64,000 nt of DNA, from NCBI GenBank assembly GCA_944322615.1, contig CALUPH010000008.1, positions 7,003 through 71,002 on the forward strand, written 5' to 3'. The notes beneath the pieces are model-generated. The model was not told the DNA's origin, made no database searches, and saw only the letters and a list, made by a program, of their open reading frames with translations. Position 1 is the stretch's first letter, and each line of letters begins with the position of its first letter. Shown here piece by piece: positions 19,499-29,133 of the stretch. The position numbers and the translations under genes were made by a program. This DNA is from Candidatus Gastranaerophilales bacterium (GTDB taxonomy: Bacteria; Cyanobacteriota; Vampirovibrionia; Gastranaerophilales; Gastranaerophilaceae).

Positions 19499-19825
19499 AT
19501 GTTTGATATTTCTAAAATTTTATTTAAAACAGTTGAGGGAATAATCTTTGTTGTAAGATTGGCTCCTAATTCTTCTTTTTCAAAAATAGTTGATTATACA
19601 GAAGAATATGTTAGGATAAAAATTTCATCTCCTCCAATAGAAAATAAAGCAAATAAAGAATTAATTGTTTTTTGTTCTGATTTGTTTGATGTTAATAAGT
19701 CTAAAATATCAATTGTGTCCGGTGAAAAATCTAAATTGAAAAAAATTTTAATAAAAGATACAAATCTTGATGAGCTGAGACAAAAACTTATTTTTGTGTT
19801 AGACTCACTTCATAAGGAAAAATAA
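19499..19825 (+). CDS. DUF167 (YggU) family protein
   Basis: VRLAPNSS...IKISSPPIENKANKELI...VSGEKSKLK pattern typical of YggU. The internal ATG at 19499 is preferred over the TTG at 19481. Confidence 0.7.
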   Translation: MFDISKILFKTVEGIIFVVRLAPNSSFSKIVDYTEEYVRIKISSPPIENKANKELIVFCSDLFDVNKSKISIVSGEKSKLKKILIKDTNLDELRQKLIFVLDSLHKEK

Positions 19826-19835
19826 AGGGAAAAAT

Positions 19836-20060
19836 ATGTTAACTACAATATGGATTATTCAAATAATTTCTGCAGTTTTATTAATATTTTTAGTATTATT
19901 ACATTCACCAAAAGGTGATGGACTTGGTGCAATTGGTGGAGCTGCAAATTTATTTTCGTCTCAAAAAAGTGCAGAAAAAGGGTTGAATCATTTTACATAT
20001 ATACTTTCAGCAATTTTTCTAGTTACTTCATTTATTACAGGGTATCATTTATTTGGTTAA
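19836..20060 (+). CDS. secG: Preprotein translocase subunit SecG
   Basis: 74 aa, two TM segments, LLHSPKGDGLGAIGG motif. Confidence 0.8.
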   Translation: MLTTIWIIQIISAVLLIFLVLLHSPKGDGLGAIGGAANLFSSQKSAEKGLNHFTYILSAIFLVTSFITGYHLFG

Positions 20061-20073
20061 ATCTATAGTATAT

Positions 20074-20106
20074 AAAAGAAGGCTCCAAATATTGGAGCCT
20101 TCTTTT
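20074..20106. terminator. Bidirectional rho-independent terminator between secG and dut
   Basis: AAAAGAAGGCTCCAA / TTGGAGCCTTCTTTT stem with a 3-nt loop and A/T runs on both sides. Confidence 0.7.
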
Positions 20107-20108
20107 TA

Positions 20109-20543
20109 TTAAAATCCTGTAGAACCAAATCCGCCTTCACCTCTTGCAGATTCGGCTAATTCTGTTGTGACTTCAATTTGAGCTTTTTCTACTCTTGCTA
20201 TTACCATTTGAGCAATTCTGTCATCTGGTTTTATTGTGTATTCTTCATTTGAAAGATTTACTAAGCCCACGCAAACTTCTCCTCTGTAGTCTGCATCAAC
20301 AGTTCCAACTGCATTAATTAATGTTATTCCGTGTTTTACTGATAAGCCTGAACGTGCTCTTATTTGTGCTTCATATTCTAATGGAATTTCTATTTTTATT
20401 CCGGTTGGTACCAATACTCTTTCTAAAGGTTTTAATGTTATTTCTTTATCTATAGCTGCATACAAATCCATTCCTGATGAACCTTCTGTTTTGTATTCGG
20501 GAAGATGCTTATTATGTGGCATTCTTGTTATTTTCATTTTCAT
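20109..20543 (-). CDS. dut: dUTP diphosphatase
   Basis: SSGMDLYA, ARSGLS, GTVDADYRGE and a C-terminal GGFGSTG motif. Confidence 0.9.
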   Translation of the reverse strand: MKMKITRMPHNKHLPEYKTEGSSGMDLYAAIDKEITLKPLERVLVPTGIKIEIPLEYEAQIRARSGLSVKHGITLINAVGTVDADYRGEVCVGLVNLSNEEYTIKPDDRIAQMVIARVEKAQIEVTTELAESARGEGGFGSTGF

Positions 20544-20545
20544 CG

Positions 20546-21526
20546 CTAAATTTCTCCTTTTTCTGTATTTTTTCCGTCTGATAGTGAATATAATGGTTGA
20601 TTATTTGATATTGATAGATTCTTAGATAAGTTATATTCTCCTTTTAGTATCATTGAATATTGATGTATTGGTTTATTATCATAAGTTATTTTAAATCTGT
20701 TTGTAACTATAAAATCATTTATGAAATTCAATGAAAGTATTGTATCCATACAATCGAGTTCTTTTTCTAATGTCTCCATTTTTGCAATTGCACTTAAAAC
20801 ATAACTGAATGATAATGTTATTCCGTATCTTCTAAATTCTATAACAATAGAGTCTAAAGTTGGCTTTATATAGTATATGAAGTCATCAACATAGTTAAAA
20901 TCTCTATATATTAAAAATAAATTTTTTCTATAATAACCTTTTTGCATTGGTTTTGAATAACTTATATTCTCTAATAGTTTTTTATTTACTCTTTGTTTCC
21001 ACAATTCAACCTCTTGGAAAGTTAATTCTAAATCTGATTCTTTTCTCTTTATTTTATTAACGTGCGGTTGTATTAAGAAAAGAAGTTTTGAGTTTTCCAA
21101 AGGTTCGGTTGTGTTAATTGTAGCATCAGTTGGAGCCATTGTTGGCTTAGCAACTTTCTTTCTTTGCATTCGTCTTCTTTGGATTCTTCTTTCTTCTTCT
21201 TCTTGTAAGATTATAAGTTTTTCGTATAATTTATTTACTGTGTAATCAAAAATGAAGCCTAAGAGTAAAGAAATTCCACCAACAATAGCAAGTGTAAAAT
21301 CAGCAGAAACCCCTTCCGGAACGTAAAATGTTCTGACTATAATTACAGGTATGATAAAAAGTTTAGTAAATAAATATAACCACTCAACTTCTAAACAATT
21401 TAGAAACCAAAAAACAAATGATATAAAAGCATAAAAGAAAAAAACAAAACGAAAAAACTTCACACCATATAAAATTTGTGCGAGTGTTTCTAATTTTGAT
21501 AGTGTATTATTTTGCCTGTATGCCAT
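20546..21526 (-). CDS. Hypothetical membrane protein (N-terminal TM helices, basic linker, soluble C-terminal domain)
   Basis: Hydrophobic N-terminal 100 aa, RRIQRRRMQRKK linker. Abuts panC (0-nt gap) and dut (2-nt gap). Confidence 0.55.
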   Translation of the reverse strand: MAYRQNNTLSKLETLAQILYGVKFFRFVFFFYAFISFVFWFLNCLEVEWLYLFTKLFIIPVIIVRTFYVPEGVSADFTLAIVGGISLLLGFIFDYTVNKLYEKLIILQEEEERRIQRRRMQRKKVAKPTMAPTDATINTTEPLENSKLLFLIQPHVNKIKRKESDLELTFQEVELWKQRVNKKLLENISYSKPMQKGYYRKNLFLIYRDFNYVDDFIYYIKPTLDSIVIEFRRYGITLSFSYVLSAIAKMETLEKELDCMDTILSLNFINDFIVTNRFKITYDNKPIHQYSMILKGEYNLSKNLSISNNQPLYSLSDGKNTEKGEI

Positions 21527-22390
21527 TTATCCTAGTATTATATTGTCAATCAACCTCGTTTTTCCTGATTTAGCAGCTATTGCTACAAGTGTATTTTTTC
21601 TTGCTGTGTGAATTTTTTCAAAAGTTTCAAAATCTCTAAATTCAAGATATTCTAAATCTATATTGTGATTTAAAATTGAAAAACCTGCATCAAATAATAT
21701 ATTTGTGTCTACTGTACCTGAGTTATAAAGCTTTTCTATTTCTTTTAAAGCTTTTGAAATCGTTAGAGCATTTTCTCTTTCTTCTTTAGATAAATATGTA
21801 TTTCTTGAACTTAATGCAAGTCCGTCAGTTTCTCTAACAATAGGGCAAGGAACTATTGTTAAATCTATATTTAAGTCCTTTACCATCTTTTTTAAGATGA
21901 ATAATTGTTGTGCATCCTTTTGTCCAAAGAAGGCATAATCAGGTTTAACTATGTTGAATAATTTTAGAACTACTGTTGCAACACCGTCAAAATGTCCGGG
22001 TCTTGCTTTTCCGCACAAGCAATCAACTAAATTATAAGGTGGGCATACAAATGTAAGTTCTGTATTTGATAGTTTTGTATTTTCTCCGTACATTTCTTTT
22101 GGAGTTGGTGCAAAAACGATATCAACTCCAAGTTTTTTACATAGTTCTAAATCATTTTCAATTGTTCTTGGATATTTATCAAAGTCTTCATTTGGACCAA
22201 ATTGGATTGGATTTACAAATACACTTACTACAACTTTATCACAAGTTTTTTTTGCTGTTTCTATCAAGGAAGCGTGTCCTTTATGTAAAGCTCCCATTGT
22301 AGGCACGAGCCCTATTTTAGTATTTTCTTGTTTCCATTCTTTTATATTTTTTTTTATTTCTTCTATATTATTTATTAATATTGTGTTCAA
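21527..22390 (-). CDS. panC: Pantoate--beta-alanine ligase
   Basis: GLVPTMGALHKGHASLI HIGH-like motif; 287 aa. Confidence 0.9.
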   Translation of the reverse strand: MNTILINNIEEIKKNIKEWKQENTKIGLVPTMGALHKGHASLIETAKKTCDKVVVSVFVNPIQFGPNEDFDKYPRTIENDLELCKKLGVDIVFAPTPKEMYGENTKLSNTELTFVCPPYNLVDCLCGKARPGHFDGVATVVLKLFNIVKPDYAFFGQKDAQQLFILKKMVKDLNIDLTIVPCPIVRETDGLALSSRNTYLSKEERENALTISKALKEIEKLYNSGTVDTNILFDAGFSILNHNIDLEYLEFRDFETFEKIHTARKNTLVAIAAKSGKTRLIDNIILG

Positions 22391-23228
22391 GTTTATCCCT
22401 CTCTTCTTCTGTTAAATTAAAAGAATATTCTTTAGTTGGAAATTCTCCTGTTTTAACGTCTTGATTATATTTTGAAATTGCATCTTTCATTATTTCTTTA
22501 ATATTTGCATATTGCTTTACAAATTTTGGTATATTCCCCGGATATTTGCCCAAAATATCATCTATAACAAGTACTTGCCCGTCGCAATATTTACCTGCAC
22601 CAATACCAATTGTTGGTATTGATATGTTTTCGCTTATATATTTAGCTGATTCTTCAGGTACCATCTCAAGAACAAGTGCAAAAGCACCATTTTCTTCAAG
22701 CTTTTTAGCTGCATTAAGCATTTTTATTGTATTTTCATATGATTTACCTTGTACAAAATACCCGCCTATTGTGTTTATATATTGAGGTGTGAATCCTAAA
22801 TGACCTACAACATTTATTCCTGATTGAGTTAAATGATGTACTTCATCAAGAATAAAATCAGAGGCACCTTCAAGTTTAACCGCTTTCGCTCCTGCTTGAA
22901 TTAATCTGCCTGCGTTTAAGGTTGTTTGTTCTTTATTTAAGTGATATGAAAGAAACGGCATATCTGCAACAACCAAAGCTCTTTTTACTCCGTTGGAAAC
23001 AGCTTTTGTAAAAGTAAGCATATCTTCTATAGTTACTTTTATTGTTGTATCATAGCCTAATATAGTCATTCCTAAAGAGTCACCAATTAATATTGAATCA
23101 ACACCGCATTCATCAATATATTTAGCTGTAGAAAAATCATATGCCGTTAGCATAGTGATTTTCTCTTTATTATCTTTCATCTTTTTTAGCGTTCTGGATG
23201 TAACAGGTTTTATAATGTCTGCATTCAT
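22368..23228 (-). CDS. panB: 3-methyl-2-oxobutanoate hydroxymethyltransferase
   Basis: TMLTAYDF...ILIGDSLGM motif; overlaps panC by 23 nt. Confidence 0.9.
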   Translation of the reverse strand: MNADIIKPVTSRTLKKMKDNKEKITMLTAYDFSTAKYIDECGVDSILIGDSLGMTILGYDTTIKVTIEDMLTFTKAVSNGVKRALVVADMPFLSYHLNKEQTTLNAGRLIQAGAKAVKLEGASDFILDEVHHLTQSGINVVGHLGFTPQYINTIGGYFVQGKSYENTIKMLNAAKKLEENGAFALVLEMVPEESAKYISENISIPTIGIGAGKYCDGQVLVIDDILGKYPGNIPKFVKQYANIKEIMKDAISKYNQDVKTGEFPTKEYSFNLTEEERDKLEHNINK

Positions 23229-24556
23229 TAGTGCTTATCCTTTTCTTTTTTTCTGTACCAGTAGTATATAATTCTGGCAAGTCTGCTTGGAGAGTGTCTT
23301 ACAAAGGAAGAATGCCCATCTTCATATCTTTTATCTTCTATTAAATTTTTCTGAACAATTTCTATCCCCATTCGATTAATTTCGTCTTTGTCAACAACAA
23401 CAGGTTCTGAACCTGCATCTTTATATGGAGCAAGAAGTTCAGTGGGTAAGTCATTATTTACTAAAACAGCATCCATAATTTTATCAAATTTTGCGTGTTT
23501 TATTAGTGTTTTAATATGATCAGATACAGAAAATCCGTCTGTTTCACCAGGTTGAGTCATTATGTTGCATACGTATATTTTTTTTGCTTTAGAATCATTT
23601 ACAGCTTTTGCAATGTCTTTTATTAATAGGTTTGGAATAACACTTGTGTATAAACTTCCCGGACCTAAAATTATCAAGTCAGCATCATGAATAGCCCAAA
23701 TAACATCTTCAAGTGCTTTACAGTTGCTTGGTTCTGAAAATAGTCTTTTTATTCTTTTGCCTGATTCGGGAATATTCGATTCACCTTTTATTATTGAACC
23801 ATCATCCATTTCAGCAACTAATCTCATGTCATCTAAGGTAGAAGGTAAAACTCTTCCTCTTATTGATAAAACTTTAGATGATTCTTTAACTGCTCTAACC
23901 ATATCACCGGTAATAGAGCACATTGCAGTTAAAAATAGATTACCGAAACTGTGTCCCGATAAACCTGCACAATCTTTGAAACGATATTGGAATAATTTTG
24001 CAACTAAATCTTCGTCGTCTGCTAAAGCAGCAATACAACTTCTAATATCACCAGGTGGTAAAACGCCAAGTTCTTCTCTTAATTTCCCAGAACTACCGCC
24101 GTCATCACCAACTGTTACAACAGCTGTTATATTATTTGTTATTTTTTTTATTCCTTTTAGCATTGTTGATAGACCTGTACCACCACCAATTGCAACAATT
24201 TTAGGTCCTCTGTTTAATTTTCTTCTTCTGTACAAGTCTTCTAAAACAGCGTGTCTGTTTCTTTCATTATTTACATCAAGTATTGAATAATTAGTTCTCA
24301 GCCAACCTAAGAAGAAAAGGAATGCGCCTAAAAATATTAACAACCATCCTATTATTTCGGACGGCAGCATTTGAGTAATTTTTACTATCATATTAATAAG
24401 CGAGTATACAGGTCTTAAATTATATATTATGCATAAGCCTATAGCAGCAAGTATTGCACCTGTGATTATTAGCAAAAACCATCTTTTAACTTCAAGTCCC
24501 GGAAGCAACCATCCTGCATCTCTCGGTATGCGTATAAATAACTTGTTAAATTTCAT
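23228..24556 (-). CDS. YvcK/CofD-family (UPF0052) protein with N-terminal TM region
   Basis: IVAIGGGTGLSTMLKGIK and VGDDGGSSG motifs. TAATG stop/start overlap with panB. Confidence 0.85.
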   Translation of the reverse strand: MKFNKLFIRIPRDAGWLLPGLEVKRWFLLIITGAILAAIGLCIIYNLRPVYSLINMIVKITQMLPSEIIGWLLIFLGAFLFFLGWLRTNYSILDVNNERNRHAVLEDLYRRRKLNRGPKIVAIGGGTGLSTMLKGIKKITNNITAVVTVGDDGGSSGKLREELGVLPPGDIRSCIAALADDEDLVAKLFQYRFKDCAGLSGHSFGNLFLTAMCSITGDMVRAVKESSKVLSIRGRVLPSTLDDMRLVAEMDDGSIIKGESNIPESGKRIKRLFSEPSNCKALEDVIWAIHDADLIILGPGSLYTSVIPNLLIKDIAKAVNDSKAKKIYVCNIMTQPGETDGFSVSDHIKTLIKHAKFDKIMDAVLVNNDLPTELLAPYKDAGSEPVVVDKDEINRMGIEIVQKNLIEDKRYEDGHSSFVRHSPSRLARIIYYWYRKKEKDKH

Positions 24557-24568
24557 TACTTACTCCTT

Positions 24569-25357
24569 TTATACCCAGCCTGATGTCTCAACTTTATTGT
24601 AATTAGCAGGTGTTGGTTTTACAATTTCATTTGCTTTTCTCAGAAGTTGAGTAATATTAGGATTTTTTGTATCAAAGTGGATAGTATCTGCTTTGACCGG
24701 CATAAACATACCGTTTCCTATTTTTATTTGAGAAGAATGTAAAACAGTTCTTATTCTGTTTAAAGCATCATCCTCATTTATGTATGTTTTGCTTTCCCAA
24801 TCAACTTTGAAATCTTGCGTATAGGTTTTGTCTATGAAAAGTTCTCTGTTAACAACAATGCCTGTTTCAGTCGAAACTTTTTCAAGAATTTCATTATCAA
24901 GACAAGTATAATTTAACCATTTATCAAATTTTTGAACAGCTTTTGCTATTGCTAAAGAAAAGTCATAATTTTCACTTGCAATTTTGTACATTGCACCGTG
25001 CGGTCTAACGTGATCGATTACAAGATTATATGATTTTGCAAATGATGCTAATGCACCAATTTGATATATTACTATTGCTTCTATTTCTTCAGGTGTAAGC
25101 TCCATTGGTCTGTAACCTAAACCTTGTATGTCATTAAAACCAATGTGTGCTCCTATTGTAAGATTTTTTTCTTTACATTTTAATAAGTATTCTCTTATTA
25201 AAAGAGGATCTCCTGCGTGAAATCCGCAAGATATGTTAACAGAACTTACATAATCTAATAATTCTGTTTCTTTATTATTTTTAAAAATACCAAAACCTTG
25301 TGCTGCATCTATATTAAAATCAATATGTTTTGTTGGCATATTAATCCCCTTTACCAA
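24569..25357 (-). CDS. pxpA: LamB/YcsF family protein (5-oxoprolinase subunit A-like)
   Basis: N-terminal IDFNIDAAQGFG resembles the DLN-x-D-x-GE-x-FG motif; internal HVRPHGAMY-like motif; 262 aa. Confidence 0.65.
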   Translation of the reverse strand: MVKGINMPTKHIDFNIDAAQGFGIFKNNKETELLDYVSSVNISCGFHAGDPLLIREYLLKCKEKNLTIGAHIGFNDIQGLGYRPMELTPEEIEAIVIYQIGALASFAKSYNLVIDHVRPHGAMYKIASENYDFSLAIAKAVQKFDKWLNYTCLDNEILEKVSTETGIVVNRELFIDKTYTQDFKVDWESKTYINEDDALNRIRTVLHSSQIKIGNGMFMPVKADTIHFDTKNPNITQLLRKANEIVKPTPANYNKVETSGWV

Positions 25358-25552
25358 AACTGTTTTTTTATTATAACTCTCCTTCTCTATTATATATCAA
25401 TATTGAATATAGTCCAGTTATTACAAGAAATAATTTAGGTGTTGACTTTGTCGAAAAAAACATTAAAAATTATTTGGATTTCATACAAATAGATGTATTG
25501 TTTTTTCTTTAAAAATAGCATAATTCAAATGTATTAGTATAAGTATACAGAA

Positions 25553-26014
25553 ATGCCATTCAGATATAGATTACAAAAGGTACTTGATTTTAGGATAAGA
25601 AAGAAAGAAGAACAGCTTCAAGAAGTTCTAAAAGCAAAAAATGAGGTAGATAGAATTCAAAGATTAATAGATGAAAATAATGAAGAAATAGCAGGTGTTA
25701 TTAAAACAATGCGTTCTACCAATGATTTTCGGATGATGGATTCATATGATAAATATTTGAAGCATCTATATGAAAAAGGAGAAGAACTCGAAAAACAAAA
25801 GCAAGCAGCAATTGAAGTATTAGAAGAAGAAAAAAAGAAGCTTGTTGAACGGGAAAAAGAAGTGAAGGTTCTTGAAAAACATAAGGAAAAAGCACTCGAA
25901 CAATACAAAGAAGAAGAAAAACAAGCAGAAAACAAATTACTTTCAGAAGTAGCAGTCCAAAAATATTTTCAAAAAACGAAAGCAAGAAAAGAAGAAGAAG
26001 GCGAAGACGATTAA
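25553..26014 (+). CDS. fliJ: Flagellar export chaperone FliJ
   Basis: FRYRLQKVLDFR start, about 150 aa of charged coiled coil, and the position upstream of fliK-like and flgE-like genes. Confidence 0.7.
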   Translation: MPFRYRLQKVLDFRIRKKEEQLQEVLKAKNEVDRIQRLIDENNEEIAGVIKTMRSTNDFRMMDSYDKYLKHLYEKGEELEKQKQAAIEVLEEEKKKLVEREKEVKVLEKHKEKALEQYKEEEKQAENKLLSEVAVQKYFQKTKARKEEEGEDD

Positions 26015-26023
26015 AAAGGAATA

Positions 26024-26665
26024 ATGATGAAGATAGATACTCAAACAAAACAAAATGTTGAAAAAAAAGAAAATTTAGTGCAGATGCAGCCTGAAGATGC
26101 AGATGTTTTAGCTTCATCAAATCTTCCGTTTTCTGATGTTTTGACACAACAGTTAAATGGTATGGATGAAGATTCTGTTGGTAGTTCTACATTGAGTTCA
26201 ATTGGAATTGATTACAATTATGATTCTATTTCTATGAATTTTGAAGATGCTTTGTTTTTTGTAAATTTGACTCAAGAAGGTCAATTTTCTGTTGAAAGTA
26301 CTAAAACAGGAGAATTTAAGTCATTATTAAAACTCGATGTGGCACAGAATGTTGTTTCTTCAAAAACCGTAGAAGTTACTAACCAGCTAACTTCATTGAT
26401 AGAAAAGGCTCAAAAGACACAAAAACCGGTAAGAATTTCATTCGATAATGATGTTTCCGTAATTTTAAAAATTGATAAACATGGAAAAGTAACTGCTGAA
26501 TTTATTCCGGGCAGTATAGAAGTTGAAAATTACCTGCGAAATAATATTGCTTCTTTACGTCAAAAATTTGATGAACAAAATTTGCCTTATAACGATCTAT
26601 TTTATAGGCAAAATAATGGCAGACAAAATAGAAATAAGAATGAAAAAGAAAGAGGAGAGCAATAA
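26024..26665 (+). CDS. FliK-like flagellar hook-length control protein (short)
   Basis: C-terminal VRISFDNDVSVILKIDKHGKVTAEFIPGSIEVENYLRNNIASLRQKFDEQNL resembles the FliK Flg_hook domain pattern; position after fliJ. Confidence 0.5.
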   Translation: MMKIDTQTKQNVEKKENLVQMQPEDADVLASSNLPFSDVLTQQLNGMDEDSVGSSTLSSIGIDYNYDSISMNFEDALFFVNLTQEGQFSVESTKTGEFKSLLKLDVAQNVVSSKTVEVTNQLTSLIEKAQKTQKPVRISFDNDVSVILKIDKHGKVTAEFIPGSIEVENYLRNNIASLRQKFDEQNLPYNDLFYRQNNGRQNRNKNEKERGEQ

Positions 26666-27501
26666 TGCGTGACGCATTTATAAATGCTTTAAATACACAG
26701 AAATTAACAAGTGAATGGGTTAGCGATTTATCAGAAAACTTGGTGAATGTATATACTCCAGGATATAGGGAAAAGAAATTTACATTCAAAACATTTTTAG
26801 ACGGTTCTGTTGCAGAAACAAGATTAAGAAATGTAGGGCAAGGTAAATCATCACCCGGAACATCCGATGAAAATATATATTTGGAAGGTAGCGGGTACTT
26901 TGTTTTACGTAATGATAAAGGCAGAATTGTCTATACAAGACTCGGTGAATTTAAGTTTGACGGTGAAGGTGTCTATAGAAGTTCTGACGGACAAGCTGTT
27001 CAAGGCTATATTTTAAATGATAAAGGTGAAATAATGAATGGGGCAAAACCAGTTGATGCTGATTCGTTTGTTGATACAGCATTTGATGGTGGTGCTGCAT
27101 CTGTACCAACTACGAATATAAAACTTTGGATTGATCCAAGTAATGGTAAATATCTTGGTAAATACGAAGAATTTGAGTTTAAAGATGACGGAATATTATA
27201 TGGTAAAGCGGACGGCGGAAAAGTAATGACCCCGTTGTATAAGGTAGCAATAATAAATTTCCATAATCCTCAGATGTTGTATCAAGTTGCAGATGGACAG
27301 TTTATTGAAACCGAAGAATCAGGGAAACCTGTAGTCGGTAGAGGTGAAGTAAGAGGCGGATTAATAGAACTTTCAAATGTTGACTTTGACGCAAATACGG
27401 CTTATTATCAACAAGCTCAAATGCAATTAGAACTTGCAAATCAATTAATAAAGTCTCATAAACAATTGTTAGAAAATGCAATTGAACTTATGAGCAGTTA
27501 A
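26665..27501 (+). CDS. Flagellar hook/rod family protein (FlgE-like)
   Basis: N-terminal ...NLVNVYTPGYR rod/hook motif and a C-terminal LIELSNVDFDANTAYYQQAQMQLELANQLIK motif. ATGA overlap with the previous gene. Confidence 0.7.
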   Translation: MRDAFINALNTQKLTSEWVSDLSENLVNVYTPGYREKKFTFKTFLDGSVAETRLRNVGQGKSSPGTSDENIYLEGSGYFVLRNDKGRIVYTRLGEFKFDGEGVYRSSDGQAVQGYILNDKGEIMNGAKPVDADSFVDTAFDGGAASVPTTNIKLWIDPSNGKYLGKYEEFEFKDDGILYGKADGGKVMTPLYKVAIINFHNPQMLYQVADGQFIETEESGKPVVGRGEVRGGLIELSNVDFDANTAYYQQAQMQLELANQLIKSHKQLLENAIELMSS

Positions 27502-27538
27502 TGACAAATAATCTCGGAATGAGAAGTAACAATGTCAG

Positions 27539-27567
27539 AAGCTCTATTAAATGGAGCTTTTTTTTTA
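27539..27567 (+). terminator. Rho-independent terminator after the flagellar trio
   Basis: AAGCTC/GAGCTT stem with a 9-nt loop, followed by T9. Confidence 0.55.
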
Positions 27568-27617
27568 GCAATTTTTTTTATTTTCTTGTTTTCATATAGC
27601 CAAGGAAATAATCTATT

Positions 27618-28343
27618 ATGACTTTATCAATAAATAATAATCCTTTTCTGTATAATAATTCATATTCAAATAAAAACTCAGTTAAAAAAAATGATTTTGG
27701 ACAAAAATCAAAATCAGAAATTTTAACTGCAGAAAATGTTCCTTCAGATGCAATAAAGTCAAAATATTGTCCATCCTTTGGTAAATTCAGAAAAGTTGAT
27801 GATATTTCATTATTGGATAAAGATTCGGGATTTAATGTGAAAGCTTCTTTATGCAGAGAAAAAATAGGAGATTTTGTTTCTTATAAAATATTTGTAGATA
27901 AAAAAGAAGCTGGTTTTATGGATATGAACTGTACTTCTTTGTTTCCTGAGGGAGATTATGTTTTGACACAGCCAAATAATGTAATCCCTGAAATAACTCA
28001 TTTACGATCATTACTTGGTGAAAAATATTCAGGAATAGGTACAGCCCTTGTCAATGCTGCAGTTAAAGAAAGCAGAAAAAGAGGAAATGACGGGTGTTTG
28101 TTCCTAACAGCAGAAAAAGGTTATGCTCGTACTTTTTCTGATTATAGAAGTGATGAAAATCCAATTCCTTTTTATTATAAACTTGGGTTTGAAGCGGTAA
28201 ACCCTCAAATAGATAGTTTTATAAAGAAATGCATTGCAAAATCGCAATATAATATGCTTCCGGATTCAGCATTATTACTGTTAACTCCGGAAGCAATTGC
28301 ACAGAAAAATAAATATTTTGCTAAGAATTATACCTTTTGTTAA
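27618..28343 (+). CDS. GNAT-family acetyltransferase-like protein with low-complexity N-terminal region
   Basis: YSGIGTALVNAAVKESRKRG matches the GNAT motif A (R/Q-x-x-G-x-G/A); YYKLGFE near the C-terminus. Confidence 0.55.
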   Translation: MTLSINNNPFLYNNSYSNKNSVKKNDFGQKSKSEILTAENVPSDAIKSKYCPSFGKFRKVDDISLLDKDSGFNVKASLCREKIGDFVSYKIFVDKKEAGFMDMNCTSLFPEGDYVLTQPNNVIPEITHLRSLLGEKYSGIGTALVNAAVKESRKRGNDGCLFLTAEKGYARTFSDYRSDENPIPFYYKLGFEAVNPQIDSFIKKCIAKSQYNMLPDSALLLLTPEAIAQKNKYFAKNYTFC

Positions 28344-29011
28344 AAACCTAAAGGTTCACCTGTAAGTATTATTTTTATTCGTTTTGGTGGGTTGCAAAGT
28401 CTTGTTATTACAATATTTGAACATATTGAATCTTTTGAAGTACAGTCTTCACATATTCCAGTAGAGAAACAAGGGGTTTGTCTTAAGCCATTTCCAGCAA
28501 CTCTTTGCATATTTGTTGGTGCAGCGGTTTCTCTTGCACGTTTGATTGCATCTTGAACATTCAATGCTAATTTATTCATACCAACAATAACGATTACATT
28601 TCTTGGGCCAAACATTAAAGCTGCTGTTCTATTACCAATACCGTCAATATTAACAAGCTGCCCGTCTTCACTAATTGCATTGGTTCCCATTAAATAAGTA
28701 TCGCAAGTTAATGATTGTCGTAGTAAAGTCATCCTTTCTTCTGGATTTTGAGCTATATCTCTGTTTATAACATTATAGTTACCCTTTAATACGTGATCAA
28801 TTAATCCTATTTCAAGTACAGACATTGAACCACCCCAAGAAACAGTATCTCGTTCGGGGATTAAACTAATTGCTTTTGCAAGTGCTTCTTCTTTTGTTTC
28901 AACATAATATGCATCAAAGAATCTCTTTTTAAAATTCAAAACAACTTTTTCACCGACTTTTTTGTTTCTTTGCATTAAGTATACATTCTGTACCATAACA
29001 AAACCTCCCAA
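28340..29011 (-). CDS. LUD-domain (DUF162, LutC/YkgG-like) protein
   Basis: GTNAISEDGQLVNIDGIGNRTAAL...VIVIVGMNKL pattern typical of the LUD domain. Confidence 0.7.
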   Translation of the reverse strand: MGGFVMVQNVYLMQRNKKVGEKVVLNFKKRFFDAYYVETKEEALAKAISLIPERDTVSWGGSMSVLEIGLIDHVLKGNYNVINRDIAQNPEERMTLLRQSLTCDTYLMGTNAISEDGQLVNIDGIGNRTAALMFGPRNVIVIVGMNKLALNVQDAIKRARETAAPTNMQRVAGNGLRQTPCFSTGICEDCTSKDSICSNIVITRLCNPPKRIKIILTGEPLGF

Positions 29012-29133
29012 TAAGTGTTATGTTACCACATTATTTGCTTTTTGTACATTTCAAAATATCTTGATTATATTAATTTTATTGAGTTATTGTCTAAAAATGC
29101 AAAATATTTTAGAATATAACCAAAAGAGATAAT

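Noticed and set aside
23724-24290. 188-aa plus-strand ORF inside the yvcK-like gene. Similar long antisense ORFs lie at 57416..58003, 47859..48320, 36899..37258, 5158..5484 and 25716..26147
   Set aside because: All lie entirely antisense to genes with strong family motifs. Long antisense frames are expected where stop codons are depleted opposite AT-rich coding sequence. None has an RBS or a recognisable motif.
25441-25475. TTGACT...GTCGAAAA upstream of fliJ, considered as a sigma-70 or sigma-28 promoter
   Set aside because: Only 6 of 8 positions match the sigma-28 -10 octamer, with no TAAA at the right distance. The sigma-70 -10 candidate (AAAAAT) is poor. This is too weak to call.
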